The notes under the pieces were generated by a model. That model was not told the origin of the DNA. It searched no databases and worked only from the letters and a program-made list of their open reading frames with translations. 64,000 bases of DNA from Hypanus sabinus. Lineage: Eukaryota. The stretch covers positions 23,188,001 through 23,252,000 of the forward strand of contig NC_082731.1 in assembly GCF_030144855.1 (NCBI RefSeq). Direction: 5' to 3'. Position numbers and translations under genes: made by a program. Shown piece after piece: positions 1 to 13,730 of the stretch (within the stretch, counting starts at the first letter, position 1; each line of letters begins with the position of its first letter).

Positions 1-194
1 CTGAGGAGACAAGCCGTAATCCAGGAAAATTCTTCAGTTTACAATTGAATAGCTCAAACCTGAGCACTCAACAAAACTTGCTCCGCAGCATGTGGTAAAG
101 AAACTTGCTTCTGGAACTTTCAGTTATACATGATTTCGTCCTATATTTCACAGCAGCCGAATCATGGTATACAGCTGTGGCAATGAACTAGGAA

Positions 195-3100
195 TACAGA
201 GCGAGGATATCCTGACGAGTGAGTATAGAGAGCTTTGTAGGACGTTATAAAGCGGGAACCTGAGGGCGGTAATGTCAGTGTTTCTACCTGTGCCACGTGC
301 CAGTGTAGTGAAGAGTACGATGCTGTGGCTGAGGAACTGGTGTAGGGGGCAGTTTTTTATTTGGATTTCAGGAACTTTGAGATCGCTTCTGAAGCAGGTG
401 AAACCTGTACAAGGGAGATGGGATGCAACTGAACTACGGGGAAGCAAAATCCTTTCAGCGACGGCTTTAGTGCTATTGGGGAGGGTTTAAACCAGATTTT
501 CATGGGGTTGGGAACCAGAGTGACGGAGCAGATAGTGGCGCGGGAGTGAAAATAAATTATGTTAAAAATTCATGCAGAGTCAGACATAGAAGGCTTGTGT
601 GCGGTGGTAATAATCTCTTGAGGTGTACCTATTTTAATGCAAGAAGTACTGTGGGGAAGGCAGGTGGATTGGCACGTGGAATTATGACATTATAGCCATC
701 AGCTAGACTTGGCTAAAGGAAAGGTAAGTCTGACAGCTTCATGTTCCAGGGTTTAGATGTTTCAGGCGTGATAAAGGCCGAAGGATGAAGAGTGGTGGTG
801 TATTGGTATTGCGTGTCAAGAAAAATTTGTCAGCAGTGCTCAGACGAGGCAGTTTAGGCGCTTGTCTACTGAGACAGTATGGGGGGAGCTGAGAAACAGG
901 AAATGTATGACCACATTGATGGGGGTGTACTACAGACCACCCAGTTTTCAGAGAAAATTGGAGGAGAAAATCTGCAGAGAGATAGCAGGCAAATGCAGGA
1001 AACATAAAGTTGTGATAGTAAGGGAATTTAGTTTTCCACATATTGATTGGGACACCCATACTGTTAAGGGTCCACACGGGTTAAATTTGTAAAATGTGTT
1101 CAGGAAAGTTTTCTAAATAAATATATAGAGGTACCAACTAGAGATGACACAATATTAGATCTTCTGTTAAGAAACGAGTTAGGACAGGTTACGGAATTGT
1201 GTGTAGGGAAAAACGTTGGTTCCAGTGATAATAACACCTTTAGTTTGAACTTGGTCATGGATAAAGATAGATCTGGTCCGCGGGTTAAGTTTCTAGACTG
1301 GTAAATGGACAAATTTGAAGAAATGTGAAAGGATTGAAAGAGCGTGTATAGGGACAGTTTGTTATCTGGGAAGTATTTGCTTGGTTAGTGGGAGGCATTC
1401 AAAAGAGAAATTTTGAGAGTGCGCATTTTCTATATTCCTGTCAGGATTAAAGGCAAAGTGAATCAGGATAAAGAACGTTGGTTCTTGGAGATACGGGAAC
1501 GCTGATAGAGAAGAAGACAGGGAGATATATAAAATCTATAGGAAACATGAACAAATAAGCTGCTTGCGGAGTATAAAAAAGAGCAAAACAACTTAAGAAA
1601 TAAAGTCAGGAGGGCTAATCTGAGACATGAGGTTGTTTTGGCAGTCAAGATAAAGGATAACCCTAAGGGATTCGTCAGGTATTTTAAGAGCATAAGGATA
1701 TTAAGTGATAAAATTGGTCCTCTTGAAGATCAGAGTGGTCGGCCATGGATGGAAGCAAAGGAAATCGTGGGGATCTTAAATGAATTTTTGCGACTGTGTT
1801 TACTAAGGAAGCTGGTTTGGGGTCTATGGAAATAAGGAACAAACAGGTAATGAGGTCATGGAACCTATGCAGATTAACGAGAAGGAGCTGCTTGCTGTCT
1901 TCAGACACTCAGAGTAGATAAGTTCCCAGGACCTGAAATGATATCTCTCGGACCTCGAAGGGGACTGGCCTTGATATTGCAGGGTCCCTGGCAGAAATAT
2001 TTTAAAAGTCGGTATCTACCGGTTTGGTGATTGGAGGCTATCTCATTTTCCGTTTTTTTAATGCTCTAAATGTCTTCCGAGATTTTGTAGGCCGGTACGT
2101 TTGATATCATTAAGAGGTAAATTATTGGATGGAGTACTAAGAGATAGTATCTACAAGTATTGCGATAGACGGGACGTATTAGAGTGAGTCAACATGGCAT
2201 TGCGCGTGGAAGGACATGTTTAGCCAATCTATCAGAGTTTTTTCCGAGGAAGATATCAAGAAAGTGCATGACGGGAAGGGAGTGGATGTTGTCGACATTG
2301 ACGTCAGTAAGGCATTGTCAAGCTCGCGCATGGGATGATAGTTAGTAAGATTGAGTAGCTAGGTACACGTAGTGCGTTAGTGAATTGGATTAGATAATTG
2401 GTCAGTGGGAAAAGCCAGAAAGTAGTACCGGAGGATTGCTTCTCTGAGTGGTGTCCTGTGACTAATTGTGTACCAGAGGTATCAGTGCTGTGACCGTTGT
2501 TATCTGTTATCTACATCAATGATCTGGATGATAAACTGGAAAAATGGATCAGCAAATCAGCTGATGATACAATGATTGGTGATGTAGCGGACAGTGAGGA
2601 AGGCTTGCAAAGCTTGTAGAGGGATTTGGACCACCTGGAAAAATGGGCTGAAAAATAGAGTTTAAATCAGACAAATGTGATTTATTGCACTTTTGAAAGT
2701 ACAAACCACGGTAGAACATATCAGGTAAATGTTAGGATACTGAGGAGTGCTGCAGACGTGACAGATCTGGGAATACAGATTCATAATTCGCTAACAGTGG
2801 CGTCAAGTGTAAATAACGTCGTCATGAGATATTTTGGCACATTGCTCTTTATGAATCAAAGTATTGAGTATACGATTTGGAATGTTATGGTGAGGTTGCA
2901 TAAGACATTGCTGAGGCCGAATTTGGAATATTGTCTGAATTTCTTTACACCTAATTACAGGAAGGATATTAATAAGGTTGCAAGATTGCAGAGAAAGTTT
3001 ACATGGATGACGCCGAGACTAGAGAAACTGAGTTATAGAGAAAGGTTGAATAGGTTAGTTCTTTATTCCTTGGGACGGAGAAGAATAAAGGGAGATTTGA

Positions 3101-3455
3101 GACAGATATATAACATTATGATGGGTACAGACAGAGTGATTGCAAGCAGGCTTCTTTCACTGAGGCTAGGGGAGAGAAAAAAATCAGATAACATGTTTTA
3201 AAGCTGAAGGGTGAAACTTTAAACGGAACATGGCACGGGGGGGGGTGCTTCACACAGAGTGTGATGGGAGTGTGGAATGAGCTGCCAGATGTAGTGGTAA
3301 ATGCAGGCTCAATTTTAAAATTTAAGAAAATCTTGGACAGGTAAATGGATGAGAGGGTTATGGAGGGATATAGTCCAGGCGTAATTCAGTGAGACTCGTC
3401 GGAAAAATGGTTCGACATAGTCAAGAAGGTGCGAAGTGTTTGTTTCTGTGCAGTA
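195..3455 (+). mobile_element. CR1-clade LINE, 5'-truncated in ORF1, degenerate ORF2 (APE endonuclease + RT) and 3' UTR
   Basis: Endonuclease fragment 862-1092 (TTLMGVYYRPP...FSFPHIDW); RT core around 2510-2580 (YINDLD...SK-ADDT); C-terminal ORF 2677-3201 (LLRPNLEYC...RERLNRLVLYSLGRRRIKGDL); many stops and frameshifts. Confidence 0.88.
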
Positions 3456-4929
3456 ATATTCTCAGTTTCTTATCAAGAGCCTGTCAGAATTAAGCTGGAC
3501 TGCACGATCAAAGAATTAGGTAATAGATCGTCCAATGTTGTTTCTGTGCACATTATGGGCCAGCTCCTATGATACGTGCCGTAACCCAGAACAAAGTCAA
3601 AGATTATTTTGTTCACGAATGAATTATAAAGTCAAGTGCAATTCATTTGAACACCAACAACAGTATCACAGTCACATTGCATCATGTAAGCACAATTCAT
3701 AAATACACATGTAAACAGTGATTATTCACATCTGTACACGACAGAACGCGATTAAACTTCGAATAAAATGACAATTCTGCTATTAAAGTAATTAAAGTGT
3801 TTAAACCGTCGGAACACTGTAGAGATGATTTATTTACCGCTCTGAAATCAATTCTCTGGACATAGATTGCCTCTGGAATTTATTTCAAGTGGTGTCAAAA
3901 TCAGAATTCCGCATAGAAACAGGTGGCGGGACGCCAGACAGAGAGATAGACAGACCGGTATACAGATGCTCGAACTAAGACATAACCACCGGAGAATATA
4001 ATTCCTTTCTCATAGTCATTCCTAGGCACCTCAAATTCTTTACTGATGATGATAACTGCAATTGACATTGAGTCTGTATTTTGTCCTGTCAGCTTGGCGT
4101 CTGGATCTCATCTTTACTTTTGGCCTGCCCACACATTTTTGCTCATATCGTTCAGAACTTCTGATAAATATTCTGGCATCCAGTAACTCCCGGAGATAAT
4201 ATTTGAAGAAGGACAGAGAATAACAATGAACTATAAACATTGAGACTGAGCCGTGGTTACGCACATCAGCCGCCCGATTTGCCAGATTGGTTTTCCGGAT
4301 TGGAAGAGAGAAACTGCTTCAGTTTAATATAAGTAGATGTGGAGTTATTTTCTCTACGTCTTTCTTGAGTCTCTTTATTATAATGTTAAAACTGATTTCG
4401 GCAAAAACATGTGTACAACCACGCAGAATAAGAACCTTCGAGATCCCACGAGAGTGCATTTTCAACCAGCTGAGATAAACGTTGTTCCAGCAATTCAAGA
4501 AGACAGATCAGAGAGACCATGCTGGTATATGAAGCGGAATAGGGTGTGGCAAGTCCAGGTGTTGAAAGCAGCGGTTGGTGAAATACGGTGTGTAAAAGAT
4601 AAGTTGCCTACAGATGTGTTACTTGATTCGCTTTTCACAATGCAATCTGCTTATCTTTGCACCCAAGACTTCGGGCAACTTATCTGCAAAAAAATCAAGT
4701 TCAATGAGAAAATAAAAATTGAAAGCTAAGTTCACCATACTAAAAGAAACGTTCCTCGTGTATTATTTTCTCCCAACTCAATACCTCCTGTAACTATTTG
4801 ACGTGCGGAGATTAGTTTTGGTGCTGAAGGGATCTGTGAGGGTCAAAAAGTAAAAGCTCTCCAAAATGTTACACAGTTTTTGGACAGGAAAGGATGAAAA
4901 CAGGAATGTCAGAGCAATCATGCAAGAGT

Positions 4930-5260
4930 TGGTGAAGGACATTGTTGGTGCGGATATCCAGAGGCTTTTTTCCCAAGGCAGAATTGGCTAACACAAGGGG
5001 TGGCATAGTTTTAATATGCTTGAAAATAAGTGCAGATGGGATGTCAGGGGCAGAATTTTCACACATATATTGGCGAGTGCCAGGAATGCACTAACTGTGA
5101 CGATGGTTGAAGCATATAATGGCGTCCTTTGAGAGCCTCTTAGATCCGCATATGGAGCTTAGACAAATAGAGGGCAATGCATTCGGGAAATTCTCGGGTA
5201 GACTGCGTGGTCGCCAAAAGATTGGCCTGTAATATGCTGTAGATTTCCATGTTTTACATT
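4930..5260 (+). mobile_element. CR1 3' fragment, shared with paralogous copy at 38630-38985
   Basis: CR1 end-of-ORF2 and 3'UTR (ggaatgcact...ctgtagatttccatgttt); the same left flank (caggaatgtcagagca) precedes both copies. Confidence 0.65.
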
Positions 5261-6659
5261 TTATTTGCACTGCAGTTGTCCATGCGGTTATATAGAAAAT
5301 AAGAATTATTCACATGGGTTGAATATATTCCCTTAGAACTAAATTACCTCTTTCAGATAGACTCAGTACCTATATCATCAGGTGCTTCTCCTCAGCAGGC
5401 AGAGCACCGGTGGAGTGATGATGTTGTTTCAACTATTACTTGGAACAATACATACATCTTCGTGTATACTATTGCAGGTCGCATTTCCCATTGTTGAGAA
5501 GGAGTACTTGTAATCCAGGAGTTAAGTGAAACATCGTAATAAGAAATTATAACACATATTGGAAGAACTCAACGTAGTTAATGTCGATTCGCAATATTTA
5601 ACGCAAAGTTCACCTTTCCCATTTGCATTTTTAAGCATTTGTGGTCTCTACCCTGTTAGTATTTGTTGTTTTAAGGCAAGAAGTTTTTTTGTTTTTTACA
5701 GACTTTATCCTGTACATTCAATTGAACTTTTTAAAAATTCGCACTCATCGCATGCAGTTGTCCTGTATTTCCTGGTTCATATTGGCCGGATAAATTTGGA
5801 CCTTCCACATTTAGACTCAAAGATCATCTTGAATGAATCAACTCCCGTTGCTTGCCAGGGTGGAAAAGTACTTATTGCGAAGCAGGCGCGTTCCATTCTA
5901 TCCAAACATTACATTATAGCTGTACATTCCGATGTTCCACTCCAAATGACCAATGCACTCACATTGCATAAAATTGCAATTATACAACATTGTTCTTACA
6001 ACTTCTTTATTGGACTGTCTCAAACATGTGTCTTAGTTTAAATGCACTTGAAATGAAGATTGACGGAAATGTTCAGCGAATGGTAGCGTCACTTCTGCTC
6101 GATTCTTAAATAAAATAACGCCCCATGCAATCTTACCAATAAATCCCTCTCCAGTTCTGACCCATGCCGCTTGACCGATTTGAAACTTAAATGAATATCC
6201 AAGTTACGCTTTGAATATATATTATTAACGACTGTGCCTCCACAAGTCTCTATCGTAAATAGTCTCAGGCCAATGGAAGAGTGAGCTCTTGTTCATTAAT
6301 GTTTTCGAAACAAGACTTCCACCCTTTGCTAAAAGTACTATTTCCCTCAGAGCAAGATGCCACAATGAGGACAAACACTTCCCAGCCAACCCATCGTCTA
6401 GAACAACGCAAAAACGCCATCAGTATGTTTCAGCAAATTCTTGTTATATACACTTATCTTTTTCTTCAGGCGATGTCGATGTTTCTCTATTTTCTTCCAA
6501 ATCCGATCAATGATTCATTATATTTCCTTAATTGGTATTTGTTTCTGTTTGAGTAATTCTGCTTTGATGTCCAAATCTGAGCCGAAAAGCAAACATGGAA
6601 GCTTAGAAAGCCTACAGCACAATACAGGACATTCAGCCCCAAAATTTGTGCATAACATG

Positions 6660-6890
6660 TGCCTACATTAGAAATTACTGGCGTTACCCACAGCCCTCTA
6701 TTTTTCTAAGTTCCTTGAACCTATCCAAAAGCCTCTTATCTATCCAAACCTATCCTATTCGCCTTCACTACCGTTGCGGCAGCCCATTCCACACACTCAC
6801 CAATCTCTACGTAAGGACCTTACCACAGATATCTCTTCTGAACCTACTGACAAGCACCTTAAAACTGTGCCCTCTGGTGGCCTCACAAGT
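6660..6890 (-). mobile_element. CR1 3' fragment
   Basis: cagcccattccacacactcacc...ttaaaactgtgccctct is the reverse complement of the CR1 ORF2 terminal region. Confidence 0.55.
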
Positions 6891-7052
6891 CCGTGTCCCT
6901 GCTTCTGCAATGAACATTAAAACAAACAAAGAATGTGTGTTATACACTACATATTTAGCAATACAAAAAAAAAATCACTCGGCAGGGTTATCTGAAGGAA
7001 GATGTCAATTTAAGATGTGTATTATATTTATCTGTTGTCGAGTTGCTCTCTG

Positions 7053-7057
<5 letters not shown>

Positions 7058-7122
<65 letters not shown>
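7058..7122. repeat. (CT)n microsatellite
   Basis: Perfect CT run seen directly. Confidence 0.97.
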
Positions 7123-7124
<2 letters not shown>

Positions 7125-7304
7125 CGCCCCCCCTTTCTAGCCGTCCTTTTCTCTTCCTCTCTTCTTCTGTATCTCTCTTTATCTTAGTTTCTCAGTCAGT
7201 CACTTAAATATTATATATTCCAACAGGGGTCCATTAACTGATTTATTTTGTTTCTCTGTACTGCACGATTGTCACAGATGGACGTAATCCACTTCTACCT
7301 GCAG

Positions 7305-7480
7305 ATAAACATAGAAACATAGAAATCCTACTGCAAAATGCAAGCCCTTCGACCATCAAAGCAATGCCGAACAGGTCGTACCTTACAAATTATCTAGGAT
7401 AATCCATAGCCCTCTATTTTTCGAAGCTCCATATACCTATACAGGAGCCTCTTAAAAGACCCCATTCGTTTTTTGCCTCC
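7305..7480 (-). mobile_element. CR1 3' tail fragment
   Basis: aaacatagaaacatagaaa tail followed by CR1 3'UTR-like sequence. Confidence 0.6.
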
Positions 7481-7749
7481 GGCAGCAGTTCTAATTCCAT
7501 ATCTCGCATTAAAGTACAAGAGTTGTTGAATTACCTTATTCGGTATTCCTGCCCCTTATCTTCCTTTACAGAAAAACATATTTAATGTCACCGTTGGCAA
7601 AACATCCAGGAAAACAGATCCAGCACTTTATGTTTTTGAATTGAAATGACTTTACTTTTGCCTCCTTCACATGCATGAGGAGTAAGCATCTTTAGTTTAT
7701 GCCTTTGATTCAATGAGCAAAGTGCAATCACAGCAATTTATAATAATTT

Positions 7750-8345
7750 ATAATCAATAGAACAGTGAAGGTGAGATGTAAATACCCTCGTCATCGTGGT
7801 TCATCATCTGATGGGTTGGTGGAAGAAATTGTCCCTGAGCCTGTTGGTCCTGGATTTTATGCCGGATGGTAGCAGCTGTAATAGATTGTTTTTTGGGGTG
7901 ACTTGTGGCCCGATGAATTTTCGGGCCATTTATCACATCTGACTTTGTAAATGTCCCGAATCATGGGAAGTTCACAGTTGCTAATTCTCTGGGTTTTCCG
8001 CTGCAACTCTCAGCAGAATTCTTCGCTTAAGGGAAGGACAGTTTCTCTGCTAGGCAGTGCTGCAGCCAGGCAGGATGCTCTCAAATGTGCCCCTGTAGAA
8101 AGTACTTAGTATTTGGGGCCCATACAAAACAAGCTCCACCATCTAAAGTGATGGTGACTTCTTCCCTCTAGGGCGTTATTTATTCAGATTGGGACAGTCA
8201 GTGTAGTATCGTCCGCAAATTTAGTTAGCAGAATAGAGCTCTGGGTGGGGCCAAATTCATGGGTACACAGGGAGTAAAGGGGGACACTTATTACACAGCC
8301 CAGAAGGTCTCCTGTCTGGAGGTTAGAGATCACAATCTTATCATC
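7750..8345 (-). mobile_element. Rex1/Babar-type LINE fragment (RT and 3' end)
   Basis: Minus ORF 8184-8384 LGCVISVPLYSLCTHE...LLTKFADDTT matches the Rex-type QGCVLSPLLYSLYTHD...KFADDTT motif. Confidence 0.7.
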
Positions 8346-8364
8346 TGCCATCGATCTGACAGGA

Positions 8365-8655
8365 ACTGACAGACAGACAGACATACTTTATTGATCCGGA
8401 CGAAAACTGGGTTTCGTAACAGACGCAACAATCAAGAATAGTGAAGAAATATAGCAATATAAAACAGTAAATAATTAATTAAAATAAGTTAGTCATGCCA
8501 AGTGGAAATAGGTCCACGATCAACCTATTGGCACAGGTTTGTCTGAGAGTCCGAGGGAGGACTTGTAAAGTTTGATGGCCACAGGTTGGAATTTTTCCTA
8601 TGAAGCTCAGTGTTACATCTCTGTGGAATGCCTCTCTGGCTGAATGCCCTCCTAT
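8365..8655 (-). mobile_element. second Rex-like LINE 3' end with (GTCT)n tail
   Basis: gacagacagacagacatactttattgatcc is the reverse complement of ggatcaataaagtatg+(tctg)n, the same terminus type as the Rex copy ending near 55598. Confidence 0.55.
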
Positions 8656-8659
8656 GCCT

Positions 8660-10526
8660 AACTATTACCTCTCCACCCCCCAAAAAGTGATCCAGCATCG
8701 CCCAGCACGGAGCGAACCCGGGCTTCTGTTACCGAGGCGGAGGTAGAAACTGACGAAGAGGAGCCCGTGAGACAGTTGCAACCAGCGCTTCGCCGACCCC
8801 GCCTTTGTCCATGAAAGGATCTCTGCTAGCGGTGCGGTGAGGCAGGTCATTTCGCGGGGGAATACCCCGCACCGGCACACCGCCACAGTACAGAGCAGCC
8901 ATTGGGAACAGTCGAGCGGGAAGCGCCGCCCGAGTCTTCCCGCAGAACCACTCCGTGTTGTCCATTTGGGTGAGGAGCAAGGATTATACGTGGACTGCAT
9001 GGTGTAGGGCATCAAAAGCTGTGCGTTGGTGGACACCGGGTTAACCAACAGCATCATCCGTTCAAGGACAAGTCATCCACGCCTGGCAGTCCAGCTGGTG
9101 CGACCATCGGTAACAGTGCGCCAATGCGAAAGAAGAGCGGGTTTCTAATCGCAGTGGAGAAAAACACAGTGGTGCACGAGATGTGGCCTGCCGACATTTA
9201 AAAGCCCTGAATCCTTGGCATGGACCTGCTGACCCGTTGGGCGTCCCATGTGGATGCAAAACTCTCCCTGGTACAAAAACGGTGGCACTCTGGCAGGGCA
9301 GCTCCGGGAAGCCGTCCCACCGGGTGCAGCAAGCACCGCCAGTTTCATAGCAGCCCGTGGTAGTGCAGCACACCCGGCCGCGGCCCAGCGCAGCACAGCT
9401 GAAACACGGGGAAGCAGCTTTTATAGCTTTTCAGGAGACAACCCACGATAACTTCGACATCATGGACCAGCAGTTGTGCAGCGAAAAGTTGGGCGATCCG
9501 CTGTTGGCCCGCGTGAGAGAATGGCTGAGTGTAGGACGCCGTGGATATAGAAACCAAAGCCCTATACTGTACTCACAGTAGGAAACGCTGGAGGTCCTCG
9601 GCGGGCTGCTCTTCAGGCGGTAGCATTCGTTTGATGGTGACAGAGCCTTACGGCAGATGATCCCCCGAGGGTCTCCGGGCGACAGTGCTGCGGTCGTTCC
9701 ATTGGCTGGTAACGGCTGTCCATATAGGGGTTGCAAAGATGCTGGGCAGTCTATGTGAAAAGCTTTTACTGGCCTGGGTAATGCTTGTACAATGCCGCGG
9801 CTCTTGAAAGTCCCAGAAAGGGCTGGACCGCCAGTGTAGTGTGTCAATACATCAGAGCATCTTCGAGGCCACAGTATGTGAGTACAGACCCTCCCGGAAG
9901 AAGTGACTAGCTGCCAGGCTTGGAAGCCACTGGAAGCGACCGGGAGAGGTACTCGACAGAATCAAAAACGAGTTAAATAGGGTGCAGTTGCATGAGTGGC
10001 GTAAGGCAGTCTTGTTGCAACGGGACCGTCTGTCATCGTTTCAGACTATAGTCACCACTAACCCCGCGAGGCCGAAGGAAGGAATTGACACTCGTAATGT
10101 CCTGCCTCTTGCCTCACACAAACAGGCAGCAGGGTCAAAGCTTTTCTGAATTTTTGCTCCTTACTTTTGACTCTGCACTTGCCGGCGACGGTTGGCCGCT
10201 TGGGTGGGAGCAGTGTGACTTTCCGGATGGGTGCGCGGTGGACAGCCTGCCTCTGCATTTCTAATGACCAGTACTGTTTATTTTTCTTCTGTTAAGATGC
10301 TTTTCTGCGATTAAGGTGGGAACAGTACGTTTATTACATTTTAGCTGGGGTTATACTGTTATCTGCTTGTGTATTTGTCGGTCACCCTAACTTCAAACGG
10401 AGTGTATGATTGTTACCACCCTCGTCGGTATGAGACGGCGACTGCTCTGTTGTGTCTATCGCAATAAAAATGATGTTCTGTTTTAGAACTTCCTTGTCTG
10501 TCATTATGGACCAAATGCTGGCTACA
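8660..10526 (+). mobile_element. internally deleted Gypsy LTR retrotransposon remnant (gag knuckle, protease, integrase N-terminus, PPT, 3' LTR)
   Basis: Decayed CCHC knuckle ~8830-8880 (RCGEAGHFA); protease GLYVDCMV*GIKSCALVDTG ~8985-9045; integrase-type DPLLARVREWL and FYWPG; purine tract gggtgggagcag then TGTGAC at 10214; LTR ends gctaca 10526; RT/RNase H absent. Confidence 0.7.
10214..10526 (+). repeat. 3' LTR, same family as LTR at 60557-60890
   Basis: TG...CA termini, internal AATAAA; aligns by eye with 60557-60890 (tgtgactttccgg, tgttaagatg, gtcaccctaac, cttccttgtct-tcatta). Confidence 0.7.
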
Positions 10527-11789
10527 ATATTATATTTTGAATATGGAAACCAGTTTGCAGTTTGGTTTGTTAACAATAAGGCCTCGGCTTTCAGCGGAAT
10601 CGATTCTTCGAATGAATACTTGTAATTTTTTATCTTCTAAGAATAAGATCCAAGGATAGGAGACAAATTGTGTCATAATACAATTGTCTGCAGAAACAGA
10701 ACTTTCAATTTTGGTCTACTGTCCTGGGTATATTTTATCACGAGGGAACTGGATGTCTATGTAGCCTATCTTCTATCTTTTTTTTTCTCAGTTCATAAGG
10801 GTACCCGAATAGTCTTTGCTTCTGAAATCGCTTCCTGCAACCATAATATTAAATGTGCTAAATGTATTATTTGGAGTTCGAAAACCATTGTCGGTGCCTC
10901 AGCCTCATAAACTGCCCTTCAGCTCGATATTCCAGACTATCTTAATTGCGTTTAAATGGCATCGAATTTCCTCAGCAGATTAACGTCCCAAACAATTGGG
11001 TGTCGAGTTGAGATCCTTTTAGATACGGGATCCTAACGAACTTCGGAGAAAAATGACTTTCTTTGACAATATGAGTTTTGAAATATATTTGGAAATACCG
11101 TATTAGTTTTTTCTTCTTCATTAAATTGGAAGAAGTGGCCAAAATGCAAAGCTACCAAAACCTAAACACAAAGTAAAAACACGAAAATCGGAGTGGATCC
11201 TTCTCACCCCCTTACTCAATCTCCCCTTGAGTGCTTCCATCCCAAAGTTCAACATGACGGGTTGCTGGAAGTTTCTGGTCTGGATATAAAACGGCTTCTG
11301 AGCAACACAGAGTGCAGCAGCAGTGACGACAAATGCCATTGAATGAGCTCTATTTCGTGAACTAACTGCTCTCATATGATCATGTTTCCCCATTTGGTGC
11401 CTCGAGTACATGGTAGGCTTCACATCCCGTGGAAGAAGTGCAGTCAAATCCTATGGACATTACACCGGGTATTATGGTGCACATCTGGTCACAGATCAAG
11501 AGAATACAGTCTTCTGAGCAGTAGCAGGGCAATGCGATTTCCATATGGCATGTGAGGTACATGAGGATACAACGATTCACGGTAACCGGAGAACAAACGG
11601 TACGGAATGCAGATGGAGGCGAACAAGACGTCAGTATGCAGACACACATGATTAGAACAGATCAATGAAACCATCATAGTTGGCCCAAACAGCAAACTCC
11701 TTTTGCGGAGGTCAAGAGGTGAAAAGTCAATCAAGATTTGTATATCTCAGCAGAAAGCCGTTGATTAAACAATCAAGATTTGAATAACT

Positions 11790-13730
11790 CAGTTTCAGCA
11801 GAAAGTAGGTGATTGGATAATCGATGTCAGGTGACCAAATAGTTTGAAAAGCTCAAACAAATAAATATAGGGGTAGCTCAAGCGGAGCGACTTGTGGAAA
11901 GCGGCCAGTGAAGGAGTGGAAATTTGAGGCTTTGTCTCGAGAGGCTTCGAAGATAAGAGGCGGAGGACTACTTTCTTCCCAGTTAGTCTTTGCAATCCCA
12001 TCTGAGACGGTGATGTGCCTCCCCTGTGAGATGTGGCATTCTTGGGGGAACTGCCCTCTCCCGCAGAGTCACATCGGCGCGACATTCTTGCGGCTGGGCG
12101 ATCTGGAAGACCGTGTGAGGAATCTAGAGCAGCAGCTGGACGACCTTCGACTCATGAGTGAGAATGAGGCAGTCATAGATGAGAGCTACAAGGACGTCGT
12201 CACACCTAGTGCTGCAGGAAGCAGGTCATTGGGTGACAGTGCGAGGGGGGAAAGCGAAGGAGAATAGACAGGTAGTACAGAACACACCTGTATCCATTCC
12301 CCTGAATAATAAGTTTACCGTTATGTATGCTGTTGGCGAGGGTGACCGATCAGGTGTGAGCTATGCTGGCAGAGCCTCTGGCCCTCAGTCTGACCCTGTG
12401 GTGCAGAAGGATGGGACGGAGAAGAGGAGAGCTGTCGACATTGGAGACTCTATAGTGAGGGGAGCAGACAGCAGATTTTGTGGACATAAGAAGGAAACCC
12501 GCATGGTTTGTTACCTCCCGGGTGCCAGGGTACGGGATGTCTCTGACCGGATGCATGACATATTGTTACGAGAAGGAAAGCAACCGGAAGTCGTGATATA
12601 TGTTGGTACCAACGACATAGTCAGGAAGAGGGATGAGGTCTTGAAGTGTGAGTTTCGGGAACTAGGCAGGAAGCTGAAGAACAGGAACTCAAGGGTCCGT
12701 CCTCAGGATTGTAGCCAGTGCTACGTGGTAGTGATGGTCAGAATTGGAGGAGATGGTAGTTGAATGCGCGGCTGAGGAGTTGGTGCAGGGCACAGAGTTT
12801 TAAATTTGTGGATCATTGGGATCTCTTCCTGGGAGGATGGGACCTGTACAGATTGGACGAATAAATCCTGGATTTCAGAGCTTTAATAGGGGGGAAGGGG
12901 AGACATTGATAGGATGCAGGAGTGGGCTGTGCAGTGGCTGGTGGAGTTAAACCCGGAGAAGTGTGAAGTGGTGCACTTTGGAAGGACGAACTCCAAGGCA
13001 GAGTACAAAGTAAACGGCAGGATACTTGGTAGTGTGGAGGAGCAGAGGGATCTTGGGGTATATGTGCACAAATTCCTGAAAGTTCCCTCATATGTAGGTA
13101 GAGTTGTTAAGAAGGCTTTTGGGGTGTTAGCTTTCATAAGTGGAGGTTTAGAGTTTAAGAGACGCGATGTAATGATGCAGCTCTATAAATCTGTTGTTAG
13201 ACCGCACTTTGTAGACAGTGTCCATTTCTGGTCGCATCACTATTGGAAGGATGTGGAATCATTGGGAAGGATACAGAGGAGATTAACCAGGATGCTGCCT
13301 GGTTTAGACAGTATGGATTATGATCAGAGATTATGTGAGCTAGGGCTTTACTCTTTGGAGAGGAGGATGATGAGAGGAGACATGATAGAGATGAACAAGG
13401 TATTAAGACGAATAGACAGAGTGGACAGCCAGCACCTCTTCCATACGGCACCACTGCTCAGTACAAGAGAACATGAATTTAAGTTAAGGGGAGGGAAGTT
13501 CACGGGGGATATTAGAGGAAGGTGTTTCACTCAGAAAGTGGTTTGTGCGTGGAATGCACTGCTTGAGTCAGTGGTGGAGGCAGAAACACCAGTGAAGTTT
13601 ATTAGACTACTAGACAGGTATATGGAGAGATTTAAGGTGGATGGTTATATGTGAGGCAGGGGTTGAATGTCAGCGCAACATTGTGGGCCGGAGGGCCTGT
13701 GATGTGCTGTACTATTCCATGTTCTATGTA
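11790..13730 (+). mobile_element. CR1 LINE with ORF1 (Cys-rich/coiled-coil + SGNH esterase), large internal deletion of ORF2, ORF2 C-terminus and 3' tail
   Basis: 11908-12763: CLPCEMW...LEDRVRNLEQQLDDL and IGDSIVRG...VGTNDI (esterase blocks); jump at ~12860-12900 to ORF 12914-13654 (NPEKCEVVHFG...LYSLERRMMRGDMIE); tail tgtgctgtactattccatgttctatgt. Confidence 0.9.
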
